Below are positions 9,783 to 20,000 of a stretch of DNA of 20,000 bases, piece by piece. The stretch is from Toensbergia leucococca (Eukaryota). Every line of letters starts with the position of its first letter. Position 1 is the first letter of the stretch. The notes under the pieces are model-generated. The model was not told where the DNA came from, ran no database searches, and worked only from the letters and a program-made list of their open reading frames with translations. Location: NCBI GenBank assembly GCA_022813965.1, contig JALDZS010000050.1:114658-134657 (forward strand), written 5' to 3'. A program made the position numbers and the translations under genes.

Positions 9783-10596
9783 TTGGCCTTGAAGTAAGTT
9801 ATTGCAGGATACGTGACGGCTGTCTTTGCCGATACCAAGATTGAAGATATCGAAGATATTGAACATTTTAGGTCGATTGGTGATGATCAACAGCCTAAAG
9901 CCTACGCGAAGACAGGAATTACGCAATGTAGGAAGAATAGACATGGCCATCACCAGTCTCAGGCAGAATGTCGAGAAGTCACTCAGCCTCCAGCTACGTG
10001 CATTGAATTTGAGTCATATATCGTTGATGCTTGCAATGAAAAGCGAGAGGTGACAAAAAAAGGAAGGGATCGCTCCGTACAGGTTTGTAGATGGGATTGC
10101 TGGGCACCTTACGGATCAGACTCGATATACATCATGTACATAGTTCCTAGTACTAGCAGGCATGTCATTTGTATGGCTTCAAGGTTGGGCTCAAATGTGT
10201 TCTATGAGAGTTGTCAGGAAGGACGGAAGCTCGGAAGGTCGTCGTCGGTCTTACTTCGGACGGAACAACTATTATCCGGGTGATACCATCACCTCCGTTA
10301 GCCCCGCGAGCCTCGCTCCAGAACAGCTTGTGTTCTTTTCCTCAGTCAGGCAAGTTCCCGTATCTCACTTGGAAAAATTGTACGTGAGGCCCGGCCAGAT
10401 GCAAATCACCCCGCCTGATATCAGTAAGAACGTGTGCGACTGTTGATCCATATTAGAGTTAATGTCGTTGACATAAACCTCCGCCACGGGCTGTACCTGC
10501 TCTTCGCTATCAGAATCCTTCAAAGCACCCCATCACGTGCGTAGTAAATAGGAATGTCAATAACAACTCTTTGAATCTCCTAATATCTCGGCTGCC

Positions 10597-13441
10597 ATGG
10601 ATGGAGTCTCCTCGGCCGCCAGCGTCATCGCTATCGCCACTGTTGCAGTCCAGCTAGCTGACGGTATGAAGAAACTTTGCGAATTCTGGAGCTCCATCAA
10701 GGAGGCACCAGACGATATCCACTCTATCGCTACGGGACTTGGTATGCTTTCAGCTAGCCTAACGGAAATCGCCCATGAGGCAGAGCTTCAACAGCCTGAC
10801 CCTACATTGACAAGGGTGTTGAAGGAATGCAGCGTTGAGGTCAATCTACTTACAAGTATAGTGGATGATTTTGAGCCTGGTTTTGCTTCCTCAAGCTCTC
10901 GTGTTCGACGATGGACCGCCCTCAAGGCTGTTTTTAAGACTGAGAAACTCAAGAAATTCAGAGACTTCTTAGATAGCACGAAGACCACCTTGTTGCTGAT
11001 ACAGGGCAACCATTCCCGGTAAGATACGTCTATTTTAAGATTGCTCCTGCTATATATTTGTGTTGTACAACGTGCTTTCTGCTGCTCCTCTCTTCTTCGT
11101 CCGTGTCTACTGCTCAGGATGCATTCATGATCATTGAACTTTCTCTGTGACACAGATATCCTTGATTCGTCATGGCATAGCGTTATCCCTTCCTTAATTC
11201 TCGATCTTTACCAAAGACATTTCTCGTCGGAGTTCACCTTTTGGCGTCAAATTCTCCATATTCAAAGTAGTGACATGTTATACAGCCGCCTGAGTCGTAC
11301 TCAATATGAAAATCATCAAAGAAGCTTAGCCACCATCACGCAAGGTATCACAGAGCTCAGAATGAAGAACTCTTCGGAGATCATCTCAGCCTTCTCTGGA
11401 AGTCCGTCAGACACTCATGATCATACCATGGCCCTCCGTACCGAGATCTCACGCATGGCTAGCAGAATGCCTACTCCTTTGTATCAGTCTGCTTTCGAGT
11501 CAGGAATGAACAAAGCACTCGAAGAAATACTCAATGGTGTCAGGGATGGAGGCTCCGTCGAGGGTCCAGTTCCTGGAGATCGCGAACCTAGGCTGGGATC
11601 AAGAACATTAATTCTTGGCCTAGAAAAGTCACTTTCAAGACAGCAAACTTGGCGAAAGCGTACAATAAAAACTCAAAACGCCGTGTTACAAAGCTTTCTT
11701 GGTACAATATACATCAGGTCTAAAACTAATGTCCTAGAAAATATCCACTCCCAAAGTTATTCTATTAATGATGGGAACCAATATGAGCATGAAACATTTT
11801 TCAGTATATCTCCAGCAAGATGGCTGTTGAATCTTGGGTTTGGCTACGGCCTCCATGTTGGACTTTCCAAATCTACGATCCAGGGATGGAAGCATACACT
11901 GAGCCCTTTCTGTCAGGTACCTGATGATGCTATGATATTCGAGTTTTGCAAAGAGGGGAACATCTCTGGCGTTAGAACCCTGTTATCCAGAGGTCAGGCA
12001 TCAGTAAGGGATACTGACTCCAGAGGCAGGACAGCACTCTATGTAAGTTAATGAAGTCCTTATGAATACTCTTGATACTTGTAAAACATGGTGTTCTCTC
12101 AGTCGGCTGTAGAATCTGATAAGCCCCGAAAGTTTGCTGCAGAAACGGTCAATCCACAGCTCTGTAAGCTTCTCATAGAAGGTGGCGCTGATAAAGACGC
12201 ACGGACGTTCGATAAGAGATATCGAGTGTTTGGGGCTCAAGGGTGATGACTCCCAAGTTTACAGGTAGCTCTAAATAGGTAGTGGTAAACTTGCTAACTC
12301 ACTACCCAGAAATCCTCTTCTTGCTGCGGCCGGCGCTTATAAGCCCACGAGAACAATCAAGGCTGCTCCTCTCATTGATACGTTCCGCCTGTTCACTGAC
12401 TCTATGGATTTCTCCGAGTCCAAGAGTGATGGATGGGCGGCTTTACTGCAGCTTTGTTATTCAGCAAACAGGAGGGTAGCGGATCGTAAGGAGGTTATAT
12501 CTACTTTGCTGTGGGTGCTGGGCTCGTCAAGCTCCGAGATTAAGGACAATATTGATGATTGGAATATTTTCTACCTCATGAGATACATGCTCTATGAAGA
12601 TGAAGATACTGAAGAGGTCACCGATCTTCTTTTAAGAATTAGCCCTGACACGATCGATGCCCGAGATGCCGAAGGTGGATACACTGCGCTACATAGGTGC
12701 ATTGCTGGTATTGCTTGGGGAAGTATTAGAGACATTCGTTATTTACTTGAGAAAGGTGCCAACCCTCATGTTGTTGGTAAAAGCAATAGATTCAGCCCAC
12801 TAGATGAAACGCCAACATCATTATCGATGTATTCCTCATCGGCATTCATGGTCTGGCGAAGTATACTACAGAGCTCAGTGGTGAACATTGAAGATTTTGT
12901 GATACAAGAACTCAAGCACCGTCCATTACGGGTTGCTGGATGGCATAAGGATACTTTGCTTGCTTTGTTCTGCCTACCGTATATCGAGTGCCCGACACCT
13001 ACGAAATGCGACGAGTGCTACACATTGTGTGAAGAAGAAGCTTCTCATATGGTGGAGCCTCGCTGGCTATTTCTACTCGAACAGATCAAAAACAGATCAT
13101 ACTCCTTTGAATTGTGCGAGAGAAGTCGGTATGCTAGTGATCAGCTGGGTGATGAATTTGTCATACGCAAAATTCCAAGTGGAAATTCCGAGGAAAGTTT
13201 CGCAGCGGATGAATACGATGAAGAGGAGAACATACAAACCGTAAGAAATCAAGGACAAGAACGGGAATTTGAGGAGGAGGGAGAGGAGGGAGAGGGCGAG
13301 GAGGAGAAGTTCTTCGATTCTGAAACCACTTTTCGATCGAGTTCTTCGAATCACAGTTCTAACGAGGACCCCTATCTATGCATGCAGTGTTGGCTCGATC
13401 GCAAAGCCCCTGAAGACGCGCCATGTACATATGCCTATTGA
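10597..13441 (+). CDS. HeLo-like (fungal STAND N-terminal) domain + ankyrin-repeat protein, ~806 aa; exons 10597-11018, 11286-12042, 12133-12242, 12310-13441
   Basis: The N-terminus MDGVSSAASVIAIATVAVQLADGMKKLCEFWSSIKEAPDDI is typical of Helo_like_N. Ankyrin motifs join across introns: IFEFCKEGNISGVRTLLSRGQASVRDTDSRGRTALY|FAAETVNPQLCKLLIEGGADKDA, NPLLAAAG, GGYTALHRCI...IRYLLEKGANP. Exon phases are consistent (2421 nt); the third donor (GTGATG) is weak. Confidence 0.82.
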
Positions 13442-14689
13442 TGGACCGACAACGATACTCCATCTATCTGATGGCATTTCTTACATCCCTCCTCGCTCTG
13501 GACCGCCGCATATGAAACCTTGACACGCTAGTATTGTCACTTATGCATATCGGGATACAATGTTGAGGATACACATTGGCTGACTTCTCAGCATACCACA
13601 GCTAGTAATCATTGGCTATGCCAAGCATCCTTGCGATATCAAAGCAATATTAAGAACGGTGCATATCCTGGTGTCAAAAAGGTTCTCCCTATCTATGTAG
13701 CACAGACCCGGAGCAGGTATGTGTGCACGTGGCCTAAATCTAGCTGTCTAGATACGGAAAAGCCTAGAATGTGAGAGCGGGTGGGTTAAGACAGCGCTAG
13801 AGTTTTGTACGCGAATTGCGAGCGACATAATTGCAGAATGAACGAGCAGCCGAGATAATGGGAGCGCCAACCAAAAAAAGGTGAATCGTGCTAGAAAGGC
13901 CCAACTATCCATCAAGAGGCCAGTCAATTTGTACCGTGTACAAGCCAGACGACTTGCGTCGGCGATGAGCTACCTCGCTGTGGTTTGCTCTATTCGGACA
14001 CCGCAATGACTGAACATGTCCAATCCGCCTCTACGCATGCCGGACTTCATCTCCTGTCTCTCACCGTGGCCAGGCTTCCTATATACCTCTCAGCTGATTC
14101 TTCAATTCGAACGGAAAAATCCATGCAGTCAAGTTTTAGACAAAGGTGAAGGCGGGTTGATGATGGTATGATAGGGTGTTCAGTCTCGAGAGCCGGTTGG
14201 CAGAGCTTGGGGTTTGGATTGTTCGTAGTGCGTTTTTGAGGGATATTTACTCGTGGGAGGAATAAGAGAAGGATGTGTGTTGCAAACAGCTGCCAGTTTT
14301 TTTTCTTTGACTGAGCTTGCATTGTCTTTTGATCAATTGACTCCTATTCTTAAGCTACATATGACTCTGGCATTTTGTCAAAGTGAGATGGCTTGTTCCT
14401 TGCAAAAACGCAAAAGCTTGACTTTCGCCGGAAATTCTCTTAGCTCTCCTTGCAAAAGTATATCCCAACCCGCCTTTTTCAAAAAAAAAAAACAAGAGAA
14501 AAAATCATCGGCTTTAGTTTTCCCTCATCGCCCTCGGATCTTTTACTCCCCCTGCCTGACCTAGCTACCTAGGTAGCTACCTCACTTCTTACCCTTTTCT
14601 CCTCAAGTCAAAATCAGAGAAAATGCACAGCTCAGCCCTTCACAACCCTTCACAAGCATCCACAGACCTTCCTTTTCTCCAAACAAAAT

Positions 14690-14930
14690 ACTCAACCCAC
14701 AGAAACCAGAAACCTTCAATCCCTCCTCCCTAACTCACCCCCCTAACTCACCCCCAAAACCCCCCAAACAAAAACACCAAGAAAAAGCACATCCAACCCT
14801 CCACCCCTCTTCCCCAAAAAAAACCCCTCTTCAACTCCCTCTCTCTCTCTCTCTCTCCAAATCTCCATCACATTCCTTCAAATCAATTCAACACCTTGCC
14901 CCCCTCACACACTCTTCTCATTTTCCTCAT
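14690..14930 (+). repeat. C/A/T-rich low-complexity tract with (CT)n microsatellite
   Basis: Nearly G-free on +; CCCTAACTCACCCCC twice (~14728-14755); (CT)n at ~14839-14857. Confidence 0.7.
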
Positions 14931-15389
14931 CCGCGGATCATAATATTAGAGGCGAGGTGAGGGTTGGAGATCGTGGTGTGCCGGCAGTTTCCTATTTTGT
15001 TGAGGTCGGGTGGTGGGGAAGAAAGGGATTGGCTTGGGAGCGATATATTTGTGGCGTATGAGCGTTTAGATTGTTATGGATTTTGTGCGATGAGTGCGAT
15101 GAGTGCAGTGTGGTAGGTGGTTAGGTAGGGATCGATGGAAGGGGATAAGGTCAGAGGTTTCTTATAAAACGTCTTACAGTCCCTATCCTAGTCTGGATTC
15201 TCACTGGACCGTTTGCTGCTTCAGGCTAGGCCAAGCCAATGAGAGGGTTAGCAGTGTGAGAGGAAATCGGAAATGCCACCAACTGAATATAGAAACATAT
15301 TATTGCTCGAGAGGCTGTTCCATTCAATATGCTACAAGATATTTGGCAAGAGCCGCTCTCCAAATTATTATTATTATGCCAGTGTAATA

Positions 15390-16435
15390 CTATTCGAGGT
15401 GAACAATCCCATCTGGAGCATCACAGCACTCGCGTCCCACATATGTAACGTTGCACACACATCCCGACAAATCATATGAAGACGACGACTCATCTCGCTT
15501 GTTTCCAAGGAACGAGCTTGTGCCTCCAAGAGGAAGAAACACACACCCCATAGTCGACCCCCTCAGTCGCCCAATGACCGCCATATCTTGCAGACAACGA
15601 TAACTGCCACACTCGCAATCGCTGTTTGATTTACACGAGACGCTACAGATCGTCTGTGGCGTTTCGCTGGAAAGGTCTGGGCTCGAAACAGGTATCGTCG
15701 ACGGAACTTGCGGATCTGGAGCCGGCAATGCTTTCTCTTCCGCTTCAGGGTTGTTGGAGCACCCTAGGACCGAAGCTCCTTGTGCCGCCGAACAAGTTTT
15801 CCCGTCGCTTGTTGTGAGCTTTTGGGTGATGAGGTTGTCGAAATCGGAACCTGGGGCGTAGAGGTAAAAGATGAGATCTTGGGTTTCGTCACCTAGATTG
15901 ATGACGCGGCCTCCCATGCCACGGGCCCAAGGGCAGTAGCTATTGATGGATTGGGCCCACTCTACGATGTTGATCCACCTCTCCACGTCCGAGGTAGCGT
16001 GGCCGGGACTAGTGTCAACGAAGAGAGCACCAATGCAGGAAGCTGTGCAAAAGGTGTCAGGGGTTCATGCCATGTTCCGAGCGATTCAGATTGCTGCTAA
16101 CCTTGTGACCAGAAAAGAGGAGTGTGATATTCGCCCGACTCCTGAAATTGGGATTGGTGACCAATAGCTATGAACTCATAGTAGCTCTCCTGATAGGAAT
16201 CGCCGTTCGGGTTAACGACGTTTTTGATCTGTGTCGTGACACCCTCACAGTCGTCGAAGGATGGGCGGCCGTAGTAGGTATCACACGTATGGTCTTCATC
16301 GACGACAATGGTATCTTTTTTGGATAGACGATGTTTTTCAGATGGAGCACGGGTGAAGGTGCTGTCAAATGGCCACGGTGTAGCAAACACGGAGATTATC
16401 GGACAGAGAAGAAAGAGAAGGAAGAAAGCTGCCAT
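15390..16435 (-). CDS. Secreted cysteine-rich protein, 328 aa; exons 16435-16102 and 16042-15390
   Basis: Signal peptide MAAFFLLFLLCPIISVFA. Intron 16101-16043 (GTTAGC..CTGAC..CAG) joins ...PLFWSQ-A-SCIGALFVD...DVERWINI in frame. 16 Cys in the mature protein, a P/S/T linker, and C-terminal CVCNVTYVGRECCDAPDGIVHLE. Confidence 0.88.
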
Positions 16436-17479
16436 GTTCGCTCTTGATTTGGCTGATGACTATGAGAGAGCAAATCATGATCCTCCGAGTATGATTTTCT
16501 TTTGAATGAGGGAGAATCATCTGGCTCAATCATGATGATCTTATAAGAGAAGGACATCTGACGGTTGAGTTTTGCGCATCTAGGAATCGGTGTGTTTAAA
16601 CATGGTTGAAACCTCGCGTGTACCAAGTCAACACAGCCCATTCTTAACTTCATCCGACTGGCGACGAAGTGACATATGGAATGCTAGTGGGCGTTGAAAC
16701 TGCTCCTTGATGGTAATCCGAGTAAAACATCGAGATCGGAGAATATCTAAGCGTAAAAATGCCAGCCTAGTGTGAAACCACCATGTCGTTTTTACCCCGA
16801 AAAGCAGTCACTGCATTTGAAGATACTACAGAAGTAATCAAAAGCATCAATATTTCGTGATGAAGATCGATGTGATATATGTAGGGTAGTGGACAATGAA
16901 GCGAGGATGGAGATGCCGATGGATATGCTAGCGAGTGAGAAGAGGAGGAGGAGAAAGAGAAAGAAAAAGAGACTTCGGACGTAAGACGCCTCTGCCTCCG
17001 CCTCGATGGATCAACGATTATCCGGTGCCTCTGACGCTAGCGTGATTGCATTACCTACCCAGCTACCGAGTACCTCTACCTCTCAAACTTCTCAACCAAG
17101 TATGATTTGTCCACAGTATCGAGTTCTGATTTGGTCGTCATCGTGGAATAGAAGTTGAGCAATTTTTGACTAGGTGCTTTGAGACACCTCACTACTTTAC
17201 CTGTCTTCTTACAGGAACATCCAACACAGAACGAAGAGCGCCACGACCATTACGTTCAGTACGGCCGGGCGTAGGGTTTCGGTACTGGGTACGGGATACG
17301 TATGCCTTCAACACCTTAGTAGGCGACTTCTTAGGCGGCCGATTTTTGAAATGCGGACCTTCATCCCACGAGGTTTTCAAAATTCGAGGCATAGCGGACG
17401 CCACCGAGGCACAAGACAAGACGGCAGACGGCCGAAGCCACTCAGCTGAAGTGGAGGTACGTTATCGTTTTGGGAGTCA

Positions 17480-19309
17480 TTTCTACTAGGCTTCATGTCA
17501 GACACAGCTCTCACAGCTAACTTGACTTCTTTTAAGTAATCATTGCAAGGATTTAGTGAAGGATCTCCTTTTTCTCGCTGCTTATTACCAAAGGGGCCAT
17601 AGATGGTAGGGTTGGCTTCTTCTTATCCTTGTCAAGAATAAGTCAAGATATCTAACACAGACTTAGAAATAGTCAGGACGAGGGCAATAGCTGAATTGAA
17701 CGAAATGTCACACTTGCTTGATTGATGTGCACATTGATAAAGATGAGTGAGAAGTTGCTCATAGCAGCTGATCTAAGCTTTAAGAACATGACTGCTGTAG
17801 ATGTGCTCAATATTCCAACTGGAACATGACAGGTCTATAGCAGGTCAGAGGGGAGTAAAGTTGAGATCCTCAGGCGCATAATATGATTTCAGTCACTGAC
17901 AGTTCTGCATGAATGCTTTGAGTACAGAATTGTGGATTCTCTATGCCGTCAAAGAAATTGGCTGGCTGATTTTGATAGACCGAGGATTGAGAACGCGCTG
18001 CACAAAACTCTCTCTTCAAATCTTGATGTCATTCTTAGAGATTCAAGGCCACGTTTCTAAACCCATCGTCATCTTTTAATTTCCTGCCTTTGGGAAGGAT
18101 CTCTCTTTCCCGTGCAGATTTGACGGCATAATCAATCTAGCCTCCTCCCTCGCGACCACAGACCTTACCCTCATCTCAAACCCCACCCCCTTTGACACCC
18201 GTTCAAGGACCTTGTTTCAGATACCTCAAACGGCCACCATGATTTTTTCACGGCCACTTTTGTGTCCTTTTAATCAAAATAATCACCTAGTTTGACAATG
18301 TCAGAAACTTTGATGAGAGTCAAGATGCACTTCTCAATGTCCCCCTTATCGCCAGAGTTCTGTTCGATCTTAACCATGAGGTTGAGACGAATTTTGCAAA
18401 GGCACTCGGTGATCAGCCTGACTGAAAACTTGATGAAATATCTGCAGCTCATGATATAATACTAAGCCTCCGTGCAAAGCGGGACCCTCAACACTCCTTC
18501 AACCGTCTTTCCTCAATATCTTTCAGCATCTCTCAGTCGACGATTCTTCTGGTTGCGCTGCTGTCACTCCATACTGGGTCATGAAACGGACACAGGCACC
18601 ACCACCCCCGGTGGCGCTTTGCCTCTGTTCTTGGGTCATGGCACAGAGGAAAGCATTCTTTTCTCGAAGGTTTTGGCTCTGGGACCAAAATTGCCTAGTA
18701 TACTTGAATTCCATGGTTTCTTGAGTCGTGGGATTGCAAGAAGACGAAGGTCTATCTTAATGTCCGAACGACGTATGTACCTTAGGTGATCTCCACTGTC
18801 TTCTTCACCCTCATACAATAAATCGCGCGGTCAGGGAGCATCTTTGTTAGCTAAGCCTTCAACTTCAGGTTCGTAATCATCCGATTTGTGATCTCAGATT
18901 CGGTGAGAATGCCACAGTATACACTCAAACTCTTCAAGTCTCTTCAGCCCGAGGATAGATCAAGAAGATCATCTTTTGTAAAGATTTTCAATCTAAGAAC
19001 AAGCTCCTCCTCAATTAAAGGGGCAGAAAGATATATCTTCATAAGTGTCTGAGTGAGCATTGTGTCAATAAGCTTGACTTACTCAAAGATGAGTGACATT
19101 TTAGGGTTTTCCGGGTCTCTTAGCTTCTTGATCTTATGCTGTTCAAAGCCATGTAGAATTGAAGTAGCTAGCATTGAAGTATCTGAAACTGAAGTGTCTG
19201 AAACTAGAGCATTTGAAATTGACGTGTCTAGAATTGACGTTGATATGGTGGGCGATGCCATGGGCTGATTCAATGTATTAGTGGAGGCTGGTGCATTCAT
19301 TCCAATCAT
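17480..19309 (-). pseudogene. Heavily decayed multi-exon gene relic, family uncertain
   Basis: ORF 19309..19079 ends at a GTAAGT donor, and a GCTAAC..AAAG acceptor lies near 18843-18851. Downstream are protein-like fragments broken by stops and frameshifts (MLPDRAIY..., MEFKYTRQFWSQ...REKNAFL, YEQLLTHLYQ...AIALVLTISKSVLDIL, DPSLNPCNDYLKEVKLAV). Confidence 0.35.
19151..19240 (-). repeat. Degenerate 15-bp repeat x6 encoding TSILD/TSISN/ALVSD/TSVSD/TSMLA/TSILH
   Basis: + strand units ATGTAGAATTGAAGT, AGCTAGCATTGAAGT, ATCTGAAACTGAAGT, GTCTGAAACTAGAGC, ATTTGAAATTGACGT, GTCTAGAATTGACGT. Confidence 0.75.
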
Positions 19310-20000
19310 CTGTGCTCATATGAACGATTCTACGGCTGCCTTGACTATTCTCTTAGTATTTATACGTTCAGACCACTCCTCTGACCATCCCGGGCTTGAA
19401 TGCGGAAGTCTGAGGCCGAGGGAAAGATGAGCTCCGCTGTTTCAGCTATCAGATCGTCCAACAAATCAGTGAAATAGAGCCGAACGACGAGGAGGGGGAG
19501 GGGGTGCAAGGCCCTCAGGCTGGGCGGCAGGGTGGTAAGCACCCGGGGTCGGATGTCGATACAGAAGGCTCCGACGAATGGACACTGATCACTACGGGTC
19601 CGTCGGCGAATTGTTGAGCATACTGCTTAGCAGCGCCTTGCAGACCCTTGAGAGACTTCTGGGCTAGGGCGTGGCGTCTTGCTGATGTCAAAATTGACGC
19701 GCCCGCATCGGAAGATACTGAGGATTCCCTGCTGACCGAACTTCTCCCGCTCCGATCACCACGGCTTGGAGAAACGCTGCTGGCAGGTTGCTGGCGGCTA
19801 CTCCGGGACTTGACATTTCACACGATCTGCGTACGGACACTCACTAACGTCCTTCATCAATGCCTTGACGCTGGGCTGTGCTAGGGCTGCTTGCAACGCT
19901 TTTAATTTTTATTTGAAATGTGAGACTTCGGAGGGCTTGCAAACTTTCCCGCGACCGCGACCAGTAGGCTTCTCGGGAGTCTTGAACGGCGCCTCCTCGC

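Noticed and set aside
11750..11800. Amyloid signalling motif (SINDGNQY) in the HeLo-like protein
   Set aside because: Single short N/Q/G patch, internal to the protein, with no HET-s/PP/sigma-type repeat pattern.
14562..14579. Perfect 18-bp palindrome TAGCTACCTAGGTAGCTA
   Set aside because: Real but isolated; TACCTA/TAGGTA-rich palindromes are common in fungal intergenic DNA and no associated element was seen.
14728..14755. Telomeric CCCTAA repeats
   Set aside because: Only two non-contiguous CCCTAA within a C-rich low-complexity tract.
19360..20000. Ser/Arg-rich open frames on the - strand, possibly the 3' end of a gene beyond the window
   Set aside because: Interrupted by stops and frame changes, with no recognisable domain; cannot be modelled without flanking sequence.

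Overview
Filamentous ascomycete (fungal) nuclear DNA, judged from short GT-AG introns with CTAAC/CTAAT/CTGAC branch sites, in what looks like an accessory region. Left to right: (1) a DUF3669-like gene on - (68..1339) interrupted by two in-frame TAG codons, both explainable by CpA->TpA changes; (2) a divergent, intact pair of glycan-modifying genes, an acyltransferase-3 family O-acyltransferase (-) and a 3-exon Stealth-family (XPT1/GNPTAB-like) sugar-phosphotransferase (+); (3) a ~1.1 kb non-coding, hairpin-rich, internally repeated element with TGT...ACA ends (solo-LTR-like), abutting a 14-bp minisatellite; (4) a 4-exon HeLo-like N-terminal + ankyrin gene with no recognisable NACHT/NB-ARC domain; (5) a 2-exon secreted Cys-rich modular protein (-); (6) decayed coding relics. 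Gene models were spliced by hand and family calls rest on remembered motifs; no searches were run.
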